64,000 bases of DNA from a virus. Positions 30,449 to 40,382 of the stretch are shown one piece after another (within the stretch, counting starts at the first letter, position 1; each line of letters starts with the position of its first letter). Position numbers and translations under genes: made by a program. Where the stretch lies: positions 32,001-96,000 of the IMG/VR virus record IMGVR_UViG_3300025101_000019. One strand, written 5' to 3'. The notes under the pieces are model-generated. The model had not been told where the DNA came from, searched no databases, and saw nothing but the letters and a program-made list of their open reading frames with translations.

Positions 30449-30707
30449 AATAATTTTCAAGTTTTTCTATGATTGTATATAACTGCTTAAATACAAATCC
30501 AGTTTCATCATCATTTTCAAATGCTCCTTTAGTATCTAAGTCCTTCATCTTTTGCATTGAGTCATCTATTTCCTTTGCAAAGTCAGATATAAATTTTTCT
30601 TGTTCTTCAACAACTTCTTCAGCAGCTTCATTCTTTCTCAGTAAATTCCAAGTAGTGAATGCAAATACTATTGTTGTTAAAGACAATATAATAATTGTTT
30701 GTACCAT
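30420..30707 (-). CDS. Small membrane-anchored protein
   Basis: N-terminal TM helix followed by a coiled coil. Confidence 0.6.
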   Translation of the reverse strand: MVQTIIILSLTTIVFAFTTWNLLRKNEAAEEVVEEQEKFISDFAKEIDDSMQKMKDLDTKGAFENDDETGFVFKQLYTIIEKLENYYAEETKEKE

Positions 30708-30711
30708 AATT

Positions 30712-31503
30712 TTAATCTTCTACGATATCTTTAAATGCATCAAATACTTTTTTAGTATCCTCAGTCGATGTCTTTGAGGTATTAAATGTATCTGATAATT
30801 TTCCTTTTGTAGATGGTCTTCCGTTTGGATTACGAGTTGACTTTACTGGCGCCATCTCTTTTTGCCATCTTTCATACTCATATCTAGCTGCGTTGATATC
30901 TGCTTGATGCATGATATGAGGTAGAGGTGTTTTAAGGGTTTGGTCTTTATTGAAAGTAATATAATACTTTTTATTAGACTCATCATACAACCCATCTGTA
31001 AGTTGTATTCCTATCCACTCCTCTTCACTACACTTAACTCCAAAATAGTTTAGAAGATAAAAACTTCTAAGACTATGGTCCATATAATTTAGGTTTGGAT
31101 TTGTTTTGTAAATCTTACCTTGGTTTTTAACATGCCACTCGGAGTCGTTTTTAATATAGTGGTCTTCTTCAACCGAACCAAGTTTACCTAAGTCGTGGTG
31201 TAACGCCGTAAATATAAGAGACTCCTTACTGAGTCCTTCTAAATCAAGACCCCACTTTTCTTGTAGGTCATATATACTAAGTGCGTTTCTTGTAACTCTA
31301 AGTACATGGTCAATGTATCCACCAGGAAATGCATTATGATAATGTTCAACTGATGATGCAGGTGTATAAATTATTCTCTCTTCAAAATGGTCATACATTT
31401 TGTTTAGTGATTCTAATCTCTCACCTGTAAATGTTTGGTTGATTAATTTTCTAAATTTTTCGTAATTACTTACTAATTCTTCTGCAGTAAAAAAGTTTGT
31501 CAT
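30712..31503 (-). CDS. HD-domain phosphohydrolase (YhaM-like)
   Basis: HYHNAFPGGYIDH, ALHHDLGK, MDHS, HQAD. Confidence 0.85.
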   Translation of the reverse strand: MTNFFTAEELVSNYEKFRKLINQTFTGERLESLNKMYDHFEERIIYTPASSVEHYHNAFPGGYIDHVLRVTRNALSIYDLQEKWGLDLEGLSKESLIFTALHHDLGKLGSVEEDHYIKNDSEWHVKNQGKIYKTNPNLNYMDHSLRSFYLLNYFGVKCSEEEWIGIQLTDGLYDESNKKYYITFNKDQTLKTPLPHIMHQADINAARYEYERWQKEMAPVKSTRNPNGRPSTKGKLSDTFNTSKTSTEDTKKVFDAFKDIVED

Positions 31504-31504
31504 T

Positions 31505-32173
31505 TTATATTATTTTATCTATTATTCCAAGTTCTAATGCTTGTTCTGAAGATATAAAGTAATCATTGGATGATATACTTTCCCAATGTTCTTTATCTTT
31601 CTTTGTACACTCAGCCATAAGTTGATTACAATCACTTTCTAATTCTTCACTAAATTTAGCATTTGATTTTACATCACTTAGTTTACCTACTACAACAGTA
31701 GACAATTGGTGTACCATAATCTTTGAGTGTTTGGATGCCATACGAGTACCCGTACCACACGCCAGTAATAATGCTCCTGCGGACATCGCAGCTCCTCTAA
31801 CAATGATATTGTATTTGATACCTTGTTTTTCTTGAGACCTCATAAAGTCAATTAACCCAAGAGTTTCAATCACATCACCGCCTGGTGTATTCAATAAGAT
31901 ATTGAATGTCTTAACATCACCACCATTGAGTTTGTTTAGTAATCTTGATTTTGATATAACATCAAATGTCATACCAGATTGGATTTCACCTTCTATAATA
32001 ATAACATTATCTTGAGTGTCTATTCCATAATCAAAATGTCTGAAGTGTTTTCTGTCAGGGTCTTTATCTGGTGCTGATGCTTGTTTTCTTTCAGCCTCAC
32101 TTAACTCTTTATCATATCTAACTTCAAGTTCGTCTTGACTTGTAGTTGTCTCATTTCCGTATAATTCGTCCAT
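31505..32173 (-). CDS. clpP: ClpP-like protease
   Basis: LNTPGGDV, GAAMSAGALL (Ser), IMVHQ (His), DYFISSEQALELGIID. Confidence 0.85.
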   Translation of the reverse strand: MDELYGNETTTSQDELEVRYDKELSEAERKQASAPDKDPDRKHFRHFDYGIDTQDNVIIIEGEIQSGMTFDVISKSRLLNKLNGGDVKTFNILLNTPGGDVIETLGLIDFMRSQEKQGIKYNIIVRGAAMSAGALLLACGTGTRMASKHSKIMVHQLSTVVVGKLSDVKSNAKFSEELESDCNQLMAECTKKDKEHWESISSNDYFISSEQALELGIIDKII

Positions 32174-32193
32174 AGGTTTAATTATAATTTATA

Positions 32194-32225
32194 CTAATAT
32201 ACAACATTTATTTGTAATTACCAAA
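32194..32225 (-). promoter_or_regulatory. Bacteroidota sigma-A-type promoter
   Basis: TTTG-N20-TATATTAG upstream of clpP. Confidence 0.65.
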
Positions 32226-32240
32226 TCTTATTGATGTTAT

Positions 32241-33368
32241 TTAAAGATTTCTCCATGCAGCGGTCTTCGAAGTACCCTTAGTTATATTTTCAGAAGGTAC
32301 TTTTTTAATTACAGGTGGTTCATTCTCACCATATAGTTCTTTTGCATCTTCGTTTGGTACAAATCTAACTTGTTCATTATCATCAAAAGTTCTTACTTGA
32401 TTTTCTGGTTGACTTTCTTCCAAAACTTCTTGTACTTCTTCTTGTTGAGGTTCTGATGGTTCTTCCTCATCTTCTTCATCTTCTTCAACAATGGGTTCGT
32501 GAGAATCACTATCAGGGGGAGTCCCACCATTCCCATCATGTATAATATTGCCTGTGCCGTTGTCATCTTTTCTTCCTAATAATTTATTTAATGCAATTAC
32601 CATAGCGATTGCTAATGGGTCAAAAACAAATACTATTAATAATGTAAACCAATTAACAATTACATTCATTGGCTTCTCAGTTAACTCTGCCATATATCTA
32701 AGTGGACCTATCTCAGCTGCCACTTCGTTATTTGATTCAATATCTAATACTTGTAATTCAAGTTTTGTAATTGAGTCAGTTAATTGTTCAAGTTTCACAT
32801 TTATACCTGCCCTTGTTTCTACTGCGGTATTTAATTCTTTCGTTAACAACTTTCGAGTTGAGGAAGATTGTGTTGTAATAATTCTACCCAATGTATCTGT
32901 ATATTGTATTTTGTTATTAGAGATACCATTCCTCAAGTCAAGGATAGATTTTGTTAAATTACTTTTTTCTATATTGTAATAATCAAGTTGTTCTTGGAAT
33001 CGGTCTTTCTTTAACTCAATTACTTTAACTTGTTTTTCTACAATTCCCAATTGGTCTGCGGTTGTTTGATATGCTGATGTTAAGAATCCGTAGATACCTA
33101 ATGATGTAATCACCATCAGTATACCAACTGCAAGAGTTAGATACCATTTCATCCACCCTGCTTTACTCCAATTATTATGTAGGTATGATGCGGTAACAAG
33201 TTTTGCTACTTCTAATGCACCTGCCATAACGATAACTTCAAACTTAGCCCCTGCGAACAAAGAACTCAATCCAAATACTGAATAATAAGCTGCAGAACCT
33301 GCTACTGAGAAGGTACTGATAATCATTAATAGGATGAACCCATTTGACCTGTTGAAAAGTTTTTTCAT
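32241..33368 (-). CDS. Membrane protein with coiled coil and acidic tail
   Basis: Three N-terminal TM segments, coiled coil, TM VFVFDPLAI. Confidence 0.7.
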   Translation of the reverse strand: MKKLFNRSNGFILLMIISTFSVAGSAAYYSVFGLSSLFAGAKFEVIVMAGALEVAKLVTASYLHNNWSKAGWMKWYLTLAVGILMVITSLGIYGFLTSAYQTTADQLGIVEKQVKVIELKKDRFQEQLDYYNIEKSNLTKSILDLRNGISNNKIQYTDTLGRIITTQSSSTRKLLTKELNTAVETRAGINVKLEQLTDSITKLELQVLDIESNNEVAAEIGPLRYMAELTEKPMNVIVNWFTLLIVFVFDPLAIAMVIALNKLLGRKDDNGTGNIIHDGNGGTPPDSDSHEPIVEEDEEDEEEPSEPQQEEVQEVLEESQPENQVRTFDDNEQVRFVPNEDAKELYGENEPPVIKKVPSENITKGTSKTAAWRNL

Positions 33369-33528
33369 TTTTTTTCCTAAAAATTGGTTTTACTAACTTT
33401 TAAAATTGTACTTATATAAGACAAAGTCGCTAAGTCGCTAAGCTTCACCCGTACTTAAGTACTCTATAAATATCAAAAGTAAAAATAATAAAACAAATAA
33501 AAACAAGCTTTCCCCATAGTTGTGCCCT

Positions 33529-34431
33529 TTAGTGTCTACTAAAATTGGAAAGATAATTTAGAACTGTCAGTTCTTTTGCCTTAGCTTCAACCACAATATC
33601 AAGGTCATGACCATAAGTTTTGATTTCAGAGTACAAATAATCTGAATGTGCCTGTGCTCGTGCAGTCTCATCCTCAAGTGTTTTTGACTCAGAGTAATGA
33701 ACAACTGGTTTGATATCACCCCAAGTGGACATCGCCAACTCCAATGCCTCTTGTTCTGATAACCCACCTGTATTGAATGTATGGTGGTGATAATCAAAGA
33801 CAATTGGAATACCAATCCTTTCGTGTATATACATTAAGTCCTTGACAGAATACATACTTGCCTTGTCATCATTCTCAACAGTAAGTCGTGTCTGAACAGA
33901 TTCAGGCAACTTCTCAAAGTTTTTACAGAACCTATCCATAGCGGACATCTTATCACCATACACACCATTACAATGAATATTGATTTTGTTGTAAGGAGTA
34001 CGAGACAATCCCATCAAGTCAAATATCTCACCATGAATGGTTAAGTCTCTAAGAGTATTGTTTACTACTCGTTCATTTGGTGATACAAGAACATTGAATG
34101 GGCCAGGATGAGATGTGATTCGTTGACCATACTTTTCTGCCAGATTACCTGCTCCCTTGAGGAGTGTAGATATCTTACGATAATCAGGCATATCTGATAA
34201 CTTGAACTCACTAGCCCAAGGAACTAAATCAGAGGTCATACGGAACAGATTGAATCCGTTCTGATGATTCCACTTGATAATCTCAATAAGGTCTCTTGTG
34301 TTTTGTAATGCGAGGTCTGATGACCTTGTGATTCCTTCCTTAAGGAATGTTCGTTTAATCATACTACGATTTGTAGTAATCTTGTTTTTGCGTAGTGTCA
34401 TATTGATACACGCGTAACCTAAGTTTGTCAT
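33529..34431 (-). CDS. uvsE: UV damage endonuclease
   Basis: LGYACIN, FRMTSDL, SHPGPF, LTVENDD, VFDYHHH, HYSES, AHSD, VEAKAKE. Confidence 0.93.
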   Translation of the reverse strand: MTNLGYACINMTLRKNKITTNRSMIKRTFLKEGITRSSDLALQNTRDLIEIIKWNHQNGFNLFRMTSDLVPWASEFKLSDMPDYRKISTLLKGAGNLAEKYGQRITSHPGPFNVLVSPNERVVNNTLRDLTIHGEIFDLMGLSRTPYNKINIHCNGVYGDKMSAMDRFCKNFEKLPESVQTRLTVENDDKASMYSVKDLMYIHERIGIPIVFDYHHHTFNTGGLSEQEALELAMSTWGDIKPVVHYSESKTLEDETARAQAHSDYLYSEIKTYGHDLDIVVEAKAKELTVLNYLSNFSRH

Positions 34432-34452
34432 TTTTTATTATTTAATTATTAT

Positions 34453-34484
34453 ACAATATACGAAAATTATTTTACAATTCCAAA
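34453..34484 (-). promoter_or_regulatory. Bacteroidota sigma-A-type promoter
   Basis: TTTG-N20-TATATTGT upstream of uvsE. Confidence 0.65.
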
Positions 34485-34485
34485 T

Positions 34486-34932
34486 TTAAAAGTTACCATC
34501 TGCAACTTGAAAACAAGTAATACCATTTGCTCTCCACATATCGACAACTTTGTTTCTATCATCGAATGTACAGAGAACATTGTCTTTACCAATATCGTTT
34601 AACCAATCTTGTTTTAAGATATCATCGGGAGTAAAATCCTTCAAAGGTCTCATAAACAATCTGCTCCAAGGAACTTTGTGTTTGTTTAACCACGACTTGG
34701 TAGTGTGAATAGTACCTTTACTTCTACCACTAAAGATAATAATCTTGTGGTCAGTAGACGCCAACATCTGTGCCATCTTTATAACAGGTATATTAGGTTT
34801 ATCTAAATTTATATTTTTTGGGTCAAAGAATTTATCCCAATCCATTTTCCCATTTGGTTTAGTAGATATCTTTCTTCTATCATCGATAAGAGCGAGAGTA
34901 CCATCTAAATCAAAAATTACTATGTTCTTCAT
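34486..34932 (-). CDS. HAD phosphatase (T4 PNKP 3'-phosphatase-like)
   Basis: FDLDGTL, FSGR, MRP..D..PD.ILK, FDDR, FQVADGNF. Confidence 0.88.
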   Translation of the reverse strand: MKNIVIFDLDGTLALIDDRRKISTKPNGKMDWDKFFDPKNINLDKPNIPVIKMAQMLASTDHKIIIFSGRSKGTIHTTKSWLNKHKVPWSRLFMRPLKDFTPDDILKQDWLNDIGKDNVLCTFDDRNKVVDMWRANGITCFQVADGNF

Positions 34933-34950
34933 ACTATTAAACTTTACATA

Positions 34951-35007
34951 GTAAAGATAATAAAAAAAGGGGACTCTGGCAAGCCCCCTATGTTAAGAAA
35001 TTGTTAA
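34951..35007 (-). promoter_or_regulatory. Promoter with phased TTAACA-N5-TTAACA box
   Basis: TTAACA-N5-TTAACA-N7-CTTG-N20-TATCTTTA. Confidence 0.65.
34962..34988 (-). terminator. Rho-independent terminator overlapping a promoter spacer
   Basis: GGGGGCT-TGCCAG-AGTCCCC followed by T7 on the minus strand. Confidence 0.7.
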
Positions 35008-35207
35008 ATCTCATCGTACTCTACATCTGTAACTTCTTGGAGAAAATAGAAGTAACCATCACTTCCTTTGAGTACCATATCGCAGTTTAGATATTCTTTC
35101 CATGTTTCCACAATCGGTCTTCTTTCTTCATGGATTTTTCGAATGATTAAATATAGCGTATCATTATGTTGTAACTTCTTATATCTAAACCACGAATATG
35201 CTGACAT
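35004..35207 (-). CDS. Hypothetical protein
   Basis: Tightly packed ORF. Confidence 0.5.
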   Translation of the reverse strand: MSAYSWFRYKKLQHNDTLYLIIRKIHEERRPIVETWKEYLNCDMVLKGSDGYFYFLQEVTDVEYDEI

Positions 35208-35212
35208 CTAAA

Positions 35213-35563
35213 CTACTTAACTTTTACTGTAATATTCTTTGCTTTCCTATCTTCATACTTTGGAATCTCAATATTAAGAAGACCATCCTTACAAACGGCT
35301 GATGTAGAACCTAAGTCGAAAGACTCGTGAATCTTATACTTTCTTTCAAGTTTACGATTATCCTTTTCAGCTTTGATTAAAAGATATCGGTCTTCAGTTT
35401 TCACATCAACATCTTTGTTTGATAGTCCAGGAACTTCCAACTCAATTTTCAAAACATCATCCTTAACCCAAGATGTTGGTGTTGAAATACTTTTTGCATC
35501 GGTGTCCCAATTTAACATTGAATCCATAACAGTATCAAAATTGCTATAAAATAAATTTGTCAT
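35213..35563 (-). CDS. Small heat shock protein (Hsp20/alpha-crystallin)
   Basis: ELEVPGL...DVDV, SAVCKDGLLNIEIPK. Confidence 0.85.
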   Translation of the reverse strand: MTNLFYSNFDTVMDSMLNWDTDAKSISTPTSWVKDDVLKIELEVPGLSNKDVDVKTEDRYLLIKAEKDNRKLERKYKIHESFDLGSTSAVCKDGLLNIEIPKYEDRKAKNITVKVK

Positions 35564-35668
35564 AATAACCTTTTTTTAATTAAACATTAATTTCTTTGAT
35601 TATTATAGTACCAATTGTGTACCAATCAACTATTTAGGAAATTTTGTCAGTTATAGTATGACAAAGTG

Positions 35669-36055
35669 TCAGTTTAAGGATATAGCTGGCCCTTGTTTTA
35701 TGACACGATACTTTCTTGTGTCCTCGAAACTCTCTTCAAGTTCTAACATTAAACCATCCATTTGAAACATTCGGATAGTATCATTCATCATCTTTTCGTT
35801 ATCACAAGTTATCCAAAGAGAATCGAAATCAAGTATAACACTAACCTTTGTAGTTTTAGGTTTGTCTTCGGGCTCTGGAATGAATTCGAACATAGGTTCA
35901 TCGAAATCCTCATCTTCGAAATCATCGTCCTCAAGTTCACCATAAAGGTAGTCATGCATATAATAGACTTTCGTCATATCATCTAAACTCATGAAGTAAT
36001 TAAATTCTGGCTCGTCCCATTCCATGATACTCCTTTTATTATAAGTATGACTCAT
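35669..36055 (-). CDS. Acidic hypothetical protein
   Basis: Start reassigned to the ATGA overlap at 36055. Confidence 0.55.
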   Translation of the reverse strand: MSHTYNKRSIMEWDEPEFNYFMSLDDMTKVYYMHDYLYGELEDDDFEDEDFDEPMFEFIPEPEDKPKTTKVSVILDFDSLWITCDNEKMMNDTIRMFQMDGLMLELEESFEDTRKYRVIKQGPAISLN

Positions 36056-36474
36056 GGCTTGTCTTTCCACAATTTATTTAGATATTCTAAACCTTCTTTA
36101 TTGATAATCGTATTATCTGCTTTTATAAAATCAATGTAGATATCAATTATGGTTTGTACAAACTCGCTGGTAAACCTATCCTTCATCTGGTTAAGTTTTG
36201 CCCCCATATTAACAACATAGTTAGTATCAGGCGCCTGCTCTGAGTCTATAAGAGAATGAATCTTGTTCTTAGCGATTGTGTAGTAGGGTTCTTTCTTAGC
36301 GACAACAACATCCCTAACTGATGCGACATAGGTTTCAAGGTCAGACTTCTCACCAAGCGTATCATCTGCCAACATATCAAATATGTCGGATGACGCGAAG
36401 TTCAAGTAATACTTGTCGTGCCTACGAGACTCCATTATCGAGTCTAAACAGAAAGGTAAATTTTTATCATTCAC
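36052..36474 (-). CDS. Hypothetical protein
   Basis: Tightly packed ORF. Confidence 0.55.
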   Translation of the reverse strand: MNDKNLPFCLDSIMESRRHDKYYLNFASSDIFDMLADDTLGEKSDLETYVASVRDVVVAKKEPYYTIAKNKIHSLIDSEQAPDTNYVVNMGAKLNQMKDRFTSEFVQTIIDIYIDFIKADNTIINKEGLEYLNKLWKDKP

Positions 36475-36486
36475 TAATAAAAGATT

Positions 36487-36783
36487 TTATAATCCTAATC
36501 TATATTTTTTCTTAGACAACTCAACTGCCTCAAAACAAGTCATGGCTAATTTATTTAACTCGGCCATTGTTACTTCAAATTCCTTATTGTCTATTTGAAT
36601 GTAACCTACCTTAGTAGCTCCATGTGGGTGGTTTGAGAAATCAAATTGTTCGTGTACACGAAAATCTAAAGTGTTGTAGATATTTCCGTACTTCTTTTCG
36701 TTTCGTTCCTGTCTTTCTTGAGGAACTCCAAATGAGTGGTTTACATTACCATGCCTCACTTTGGTTTTATTATACTTTTTCAT
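36487..36783 (-). CDS. Hypothetical protein
   Basis: ORF with upstream TATTTAT motif. Confidence 0.55.
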   Translation of the reverse strand: MKKYNKTKVRHGNVNHSFGVPQERQERNEKKYGNIYNTLDFRVHEQFDFSNHPHGATKVGYIQIDNKEFEVTMAELNKLAMTCFEAVELSKKKYRLGL

Positions 36784-36838
36784 AAGTAACTAATTGTTGG
36801 TTATATACCAATAAATAGTTTTCTCAATACTAATAAAG

Positions 36839-37141
36839 TTAATTTTTCTTACGATTTCTTCGAGAAATTCTATCAAACTTTTTTTCATCGAATTTCATGT
36901 CTTGTTTAAGTGGGTGTGTTCTGTTAAAATGTTGCTCTATCTGACAAGACCTACTTGCCCAATACCATGCATCATACACCTTCGATTGTGGTGGGATAAA
37001 TAACTCTTCACCCACCACAGTACCAATACCACTCGATATGTAAAACATACCACTTGAATTCATTTGAACCTTTGCGTTAGGATACTTCTTCCTAACCTTT
37101 CTTTGGAATGACTTAAACTTCCTCGTCTGAACTTTGTCCAT
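36839..37141 (-). CDS. Basic hypothetical protein
   Basis: Tightly packed ORF. Confidence 0.55.
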   Translation of the reverse strand: MDKVQTRKFKSFQRKVRKKYPNAKVQMNSSGMFYISSGIGTVVGEELFIPPQSKVYDAWYWASRSCQIEQHFNRTHPLKQDMKFDEKKFDRISRRNRKKN

Positions 37142-37352
37142 TTACTTTGTTTTTTAAATTCTTAGTAAGACCTTTATGAATATGGCAGGTTGACAACTCC
37201 TTATTTACAGAGCATCTGTCAACCTTCTTACCATTTTCAAGGAGTACTTCATATACCAAACCTCGTTTTAGTTTAGTTCGTTTCGTCACCATTCCAACTC
37301 TAAAGTGGCCGTTTACTTTTAATATAACACTATCTCCTTTTTCGAATACCAT
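37113..37352 (-). CDS. Small SH3/KOW-like protein
   Basis: FEKGDSVIL...GMV...YEVLLENG beta pattern. Confidence 0.45.
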   Translation of the reverse strand: MVFEKGDSVILKVNGHFRVGMVTKRTKLKRGLVYEVLLENGKKVDRCSVNKELSTCHIHKGLTKNLKNKVNGQSSDEEV

Positions 37353-37552
37353 TACTTTATAACCTTAATTATTTTTGTCTCAATTACAGAACCAACTTCG
37401 AACTCAATTCCTGAACCTTCGAAATCCTTTGTAACTTTCACCTCTGCGTCTGTAACAGACACTGCGTTAACAACATATTGTTCAGTTAACTTTTTTACTT
37501 TACCTTTGTCATCTGTGTGATGTACTTTTACTTTTGCGATGTAATACTTCAT
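37352..37552 (-). CDS. DUF4494-like protein (Bacteroidota family)
   Basis: KVK...DKGKVKKLTEQYVVNAVSVTDAE. Confidence 0.7.
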   Translation of the reverse strand: MKYYIAKVKVHHTDDKGKVKKLTEQYVVNAVSVTDAEVKVTKDFEGSGIEFEVGSVIETKIIKVIK

Positions 37553-37561
37553 AATTTAATT

Positions 37562-37780
37562 TTAATTGTTTAACATATTATCTAATTCTTGTTCATCAAC
37601 AAGTTTATATTCCCCATTTGGATTTTCCGAATGAGCGTCTTCATATATAGTGTGGTAGAAACTCACGAAGTGTCCTTCACCGATATCTACCTTTCCTGCA
37701 GGTATCACTACATACCCATAGTTCCCACCTTGGTCTTGCCAATACTTAGCATCCCTTGGGAATTCATTTAATTTTGCCAT
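37562..37780 (-). CDS. Hypothetical protein
   Basis: Tightly packed ORF. Confidence 0.5.
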   Translation of the reverse strand: MAKLNEFPRDAKYWQDQGGNYGYVVIPAGKVDIGEGHFVSFYHTIYEDAHSENPNGEYKLVDEQELDNMLNN

Positions 37781-38111
37781 CTTTCATTTTTTTAATTAAT
37801 GTTCCTAAATCTCTACCTTTGTCGGTAGTCTTGTATGCTAACTTGCCATCTTCATTGACTACCATACTAACCAATCCTTTGTCTACTAAATTAGACAACG
37901 CCATATCAGTTTCGTATCTTTGATATGATTGGTACGCGTCCACAATAACTTCAGAAAGAAAGTCTTGTGATTGTGATGTTTTTAAACCTTGTTTGATATA
38001 GTCTGCGAACACATCCCAATCGTTTATATCAAAGTTACCTTCCATAAGTTCTGAGACTATTGTTGAGGTAAACTCTCTAAGTTCTGATTCACTCCACCTC
38101 ATCATGTTCAT
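37764..38111 (-). CDS. Hypothetical protein, possible winged helix
   Basis: ALSNLVDKGLV...YKTTDKGR. Confidence 0.5.
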   Translation of the reverse strand: MNMMRWSESELREFTSTIVSELMEGNFDINDWDVFADYIKQGLKTSQSQDFLSEVIVDAYQSYQRYETDMALSNLVDKGLVSMVVNEDGKLAYKTTDKGRDLGTLIKKMKDGKIK

Positions 38112-38277
38112 CTTTAAATTCTACTAAACTATCTAAATATTCCATTGAGTCAGAACTGCCTATTAGACAATCCACCTTCGGTCCGTTGTATCTATTCAAC
38201 ACCGACTCGGCGCCCCAATCTTCAACCATCTTTTTAAGTTCTTCTATGGTTGGTAAATGTACTTTATTAAATCCCAT
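38089..38277 (-). CDS. Hypothetical protein
   Basis: Start reassigned to MGFNKVHLP. Confidence 0.5.
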   Translation of the reverse strand: MGFNKVHLPTIEELKKMVEDWGAESVLNRYNGPKVDCLIGSSDSMEYLDSLVEFKDEHDEVE

Positions 38278-38548
38278 CTTTATTTTTTTTATCCCAAAAA
38301 TGTTTCTCGTTTTCTTTTCCCATCTTCTTGATTGAATCCCATTTCTTTTTATCAATAGTATCACCTCTAAGTGATGCGTCAAGGAAACTTATCTTTTTTA
38401 ATTCGTGTGAATTTAAAGGTCGACTCTTTGTTTTTAGATATGCTGATTTTGAATCGAGATATTCTAAGAACCAATCAAAATTATGTTGAGCCATCTCGTC
38501 AAGTTCTTTATCCGTAAGTGGATTTTCAGGGTCGTACTTTGTAGTCAT
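38267..38548 (-). CDS. Hypothetical protein
   Basis: Preceded by a TTTG-N20-TATATTTA promoter (38554-38585). Confidence 0.55.
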   Translation of the reverse strand: MTTKYDPENPLTDKELDEMAQHNFDWFLEYLDSKSAYLKTKSRPLNSHELKKISFLDASLRGDTIDKKKWDSIKKMGKENEKHFWDKKNKDGI

Positions 38549-38569
38549 AACTTTAAATATACAAAAATT

Positions 38570-39016
38570 TTACTTATTTACCAAACTTTGTCTCTTCAAT
38601 TTTTCAACGAGATAAAACTCATAGACTTGTTCTGCGTCCATTAGTCTACTCTTCATAACCTTATCCCAAAGACAAAATCCAAATTCTTTTTCTAATTCTT
38701 TTTTGAGAAGGTCTAATGTTTTTATTTCGTCACGATGACCTTCCTCATCTAATTTATTTGCTCGGACATTTTTCATATAAGACTTTTGTCTAGCCTCATT
38801 CACATATCCCCAATAGTCATTTGAATTTGGATTCTTATAGTAACCTTCCATCACCTCATCGTAAATGGCAGAGGCCAGCTGTCTTGCTGCCTCTGCCTCT
38901 GAGTAATAATGAGAGTAATCGAAATCACCATTGTTAATTCTTTCTATCAAGGATTTTTTTACTGATAGTTTTTTCTTCCTACCATTTGTCCACCATCTAA
39001 ATTTGTTATATCCCAT
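38570..39016 (-). CDS. Hypothetical protein
   Basis: Tightly packed ORF. Confidence 0.55.
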   Translation of the reverse strand: MGYNKFRWWTNGRKKKLSVKKSLIERINNGDFDYSHYYSEAEAARQLASAIYDEVMEGYYKNPNSNDYWGYVNEARQKSYMKNVRANKLDEEGHRDEIKTLDLLKKELEKEFGFCLWDKVMKSRLMDAEQVYEFYLVEKLKRQSLVNK

Positions 39017-39019
39017 ATC

Positions 39020-40279
39020 TTAGTAAGGAGCTTCTACTTCATCAGTATTAAACAAATCTTCATTCTCTGGAACCTCACCCAAAAACTTTTGGATGAATTG
39101 TTTCATATAAACTCTTTCAGACTGAGCCCCACCACTTTGGTCAAACATTGGGTAGATAGTAATCTCAGCGGCTTCACCTAATTCGAAACCATCGTAGAGT
39201 AGAGAACCAATCTCAACTGCCGTTCTCGTAGACAATGCGTTACTAAGTTTTGGATTTTCAGACATCAAGTCACTTCTTGTCATTGAAGTAATCTCAGCAA
39301 CATTAGACAAAATGTTTTCATCAACCGAAGGATACATCATTTGAAGAAGTTGAGTTTCCTCTTCGTGAGTTAGAGTGTCCATTTCGATAACAGTAAATCT
39401 GTCTAACATCGCTCTGTCAAGAGCTCTTGTAGCGGTGTACTCATTACCGATGTTAGCCGATGCGATGAACGAAACACCATCAGCGACCTTGACAACAGGA
39501 GCGTCAGCCGCCTCATCTAATCTCAAGTATCTTTGACCTTGGTCAAGAACCGTCATCAGAATGTTGTGAGCCTCAGGGTGAGCTCTCGTCAACTCATCAA
39601 GAATGATAACAGTATTTGGTGTTTGAATTGCCTTAACAAAAGGTGAAGTGTTGAACACCGTACCTTGTTTGGAATCGAACTGAGTGTTACCAATCAGAGT
39701 TGTTCTTGGGTCTTGAGTAGAACCAAGGTTGATGATGAAGGTGTTATAACCTTCGAGTGAATTAGCCGCTGCTTTAGCCGCCATAGTTTTACCACAACCG
39801 GCAGGGCCAGTCATCATAATGTTTTTACCTCTAAGAATGTTTCTTACTAAGTACTTCCACTTTAGGGACTGCATGAATAACATCTTAGGTTTTAGACCTT
39901 CTGACTTTTCGTGAATGAAACTAAGAACATCAGAAGTCATCGCTTCAGTAGCGACAGAAACAGGTTCAGGTTTAGAATACTCAAGAGCGACAAGACCACC
40001 ATTAGGAGCGGTGAAGTTACCAACTGGCTCAAGGTTTTCTTCTACCTTAGATGCCGGAACTCTTGTGAAGTCAATCTTACCATCACTTAGTCTACCACTA
40101 ACTCTAACTTTGAACCCATACTTGTCGGGTCTTTTGAAGGATTGTCTTACCCTTTTGTAAAGGTTAGTACCTTCTTCATTGAACTCAGGAATCAAGAACT
40201 GCTTTCCTGCCGAATCTTCAAATAGAAACTTTCCATCTACTTGAACAATCTTTCCGAATACTGATTTTTGTGCTTTCAT
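39020..40279 (-). CDS. MoxR/CbbQ/NirQ-family AAA+ ATPase
   Basis: GPAGCGKT, IILDELTR, FIASAN, LDRAMLDRF, STR. Confidence 0.88.
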   Translation of the reverse strand: MKAQKSVFGKIVQVDGKFLFEDSAGKQFLIPEFNEEGTNLYKRVRQSFKRPDKYGFKVRVSGRLSDGKIDFTRVPASKVEENLEPVGNFTAPNGGLVALEYSKPEPVSVATEAMTSDVLSFIHEKSEGLKPKMLFMQSLKWKYLVRNILRGKNIMMTGPAGCGKTMAAKAAANSLEGYNTFIINLGSTQDPRTTLIGNTQFDSKQGTVFNTSPFVKAIQTPNTVIILDELTRAHPEAHNILMTVLDQGQRYLRLDEAADAPVVKVADGVSFIASANIGNEYTATRALDRAMLDRFTVIEMDTLTHEEETQLLQMMYPSVDENILSNVAEITSMTRSDLMSENPKLSNALSTRTAVEIGSLLYDGFELGEAAEITIYPMFDQSGGAQSERVYMKQFIQKFLGEVPENEDLFNTDEVEAPY

Positions 40280-40326
40280 TATTTTTACTTTTTAATTATT
40301 AATTACTCTTATTACTTATTACTCTA

Positions 40327-40382
40327 CTAAAGTACGACATTAATTTGACAATTCCAAATTTCTAATGTTAAGAAATTGTTAA
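40327..40382 (-). promoter_or_regulatory. Promoter with phased TTAACA-N5-TTAACA box
   Basis: TTAACA-N5-TTAACA-N7-TTTG-N20-TACTTTAG. Confidence 0.7.

Noticed and set aside
33410-33465. Short palindromes and an AAGTCGCT tandem in the spacer before the membrane protein
   Set aside because: Too short and not repeated elsewhere; cannot be told from chance.
35609-35625. Sigma-54 promoter upstream of Hsp20 (TGGTACACAATTGG)
   Set aside because: The -24/-12 spacing is one base short and GC is absent; too weak to call.
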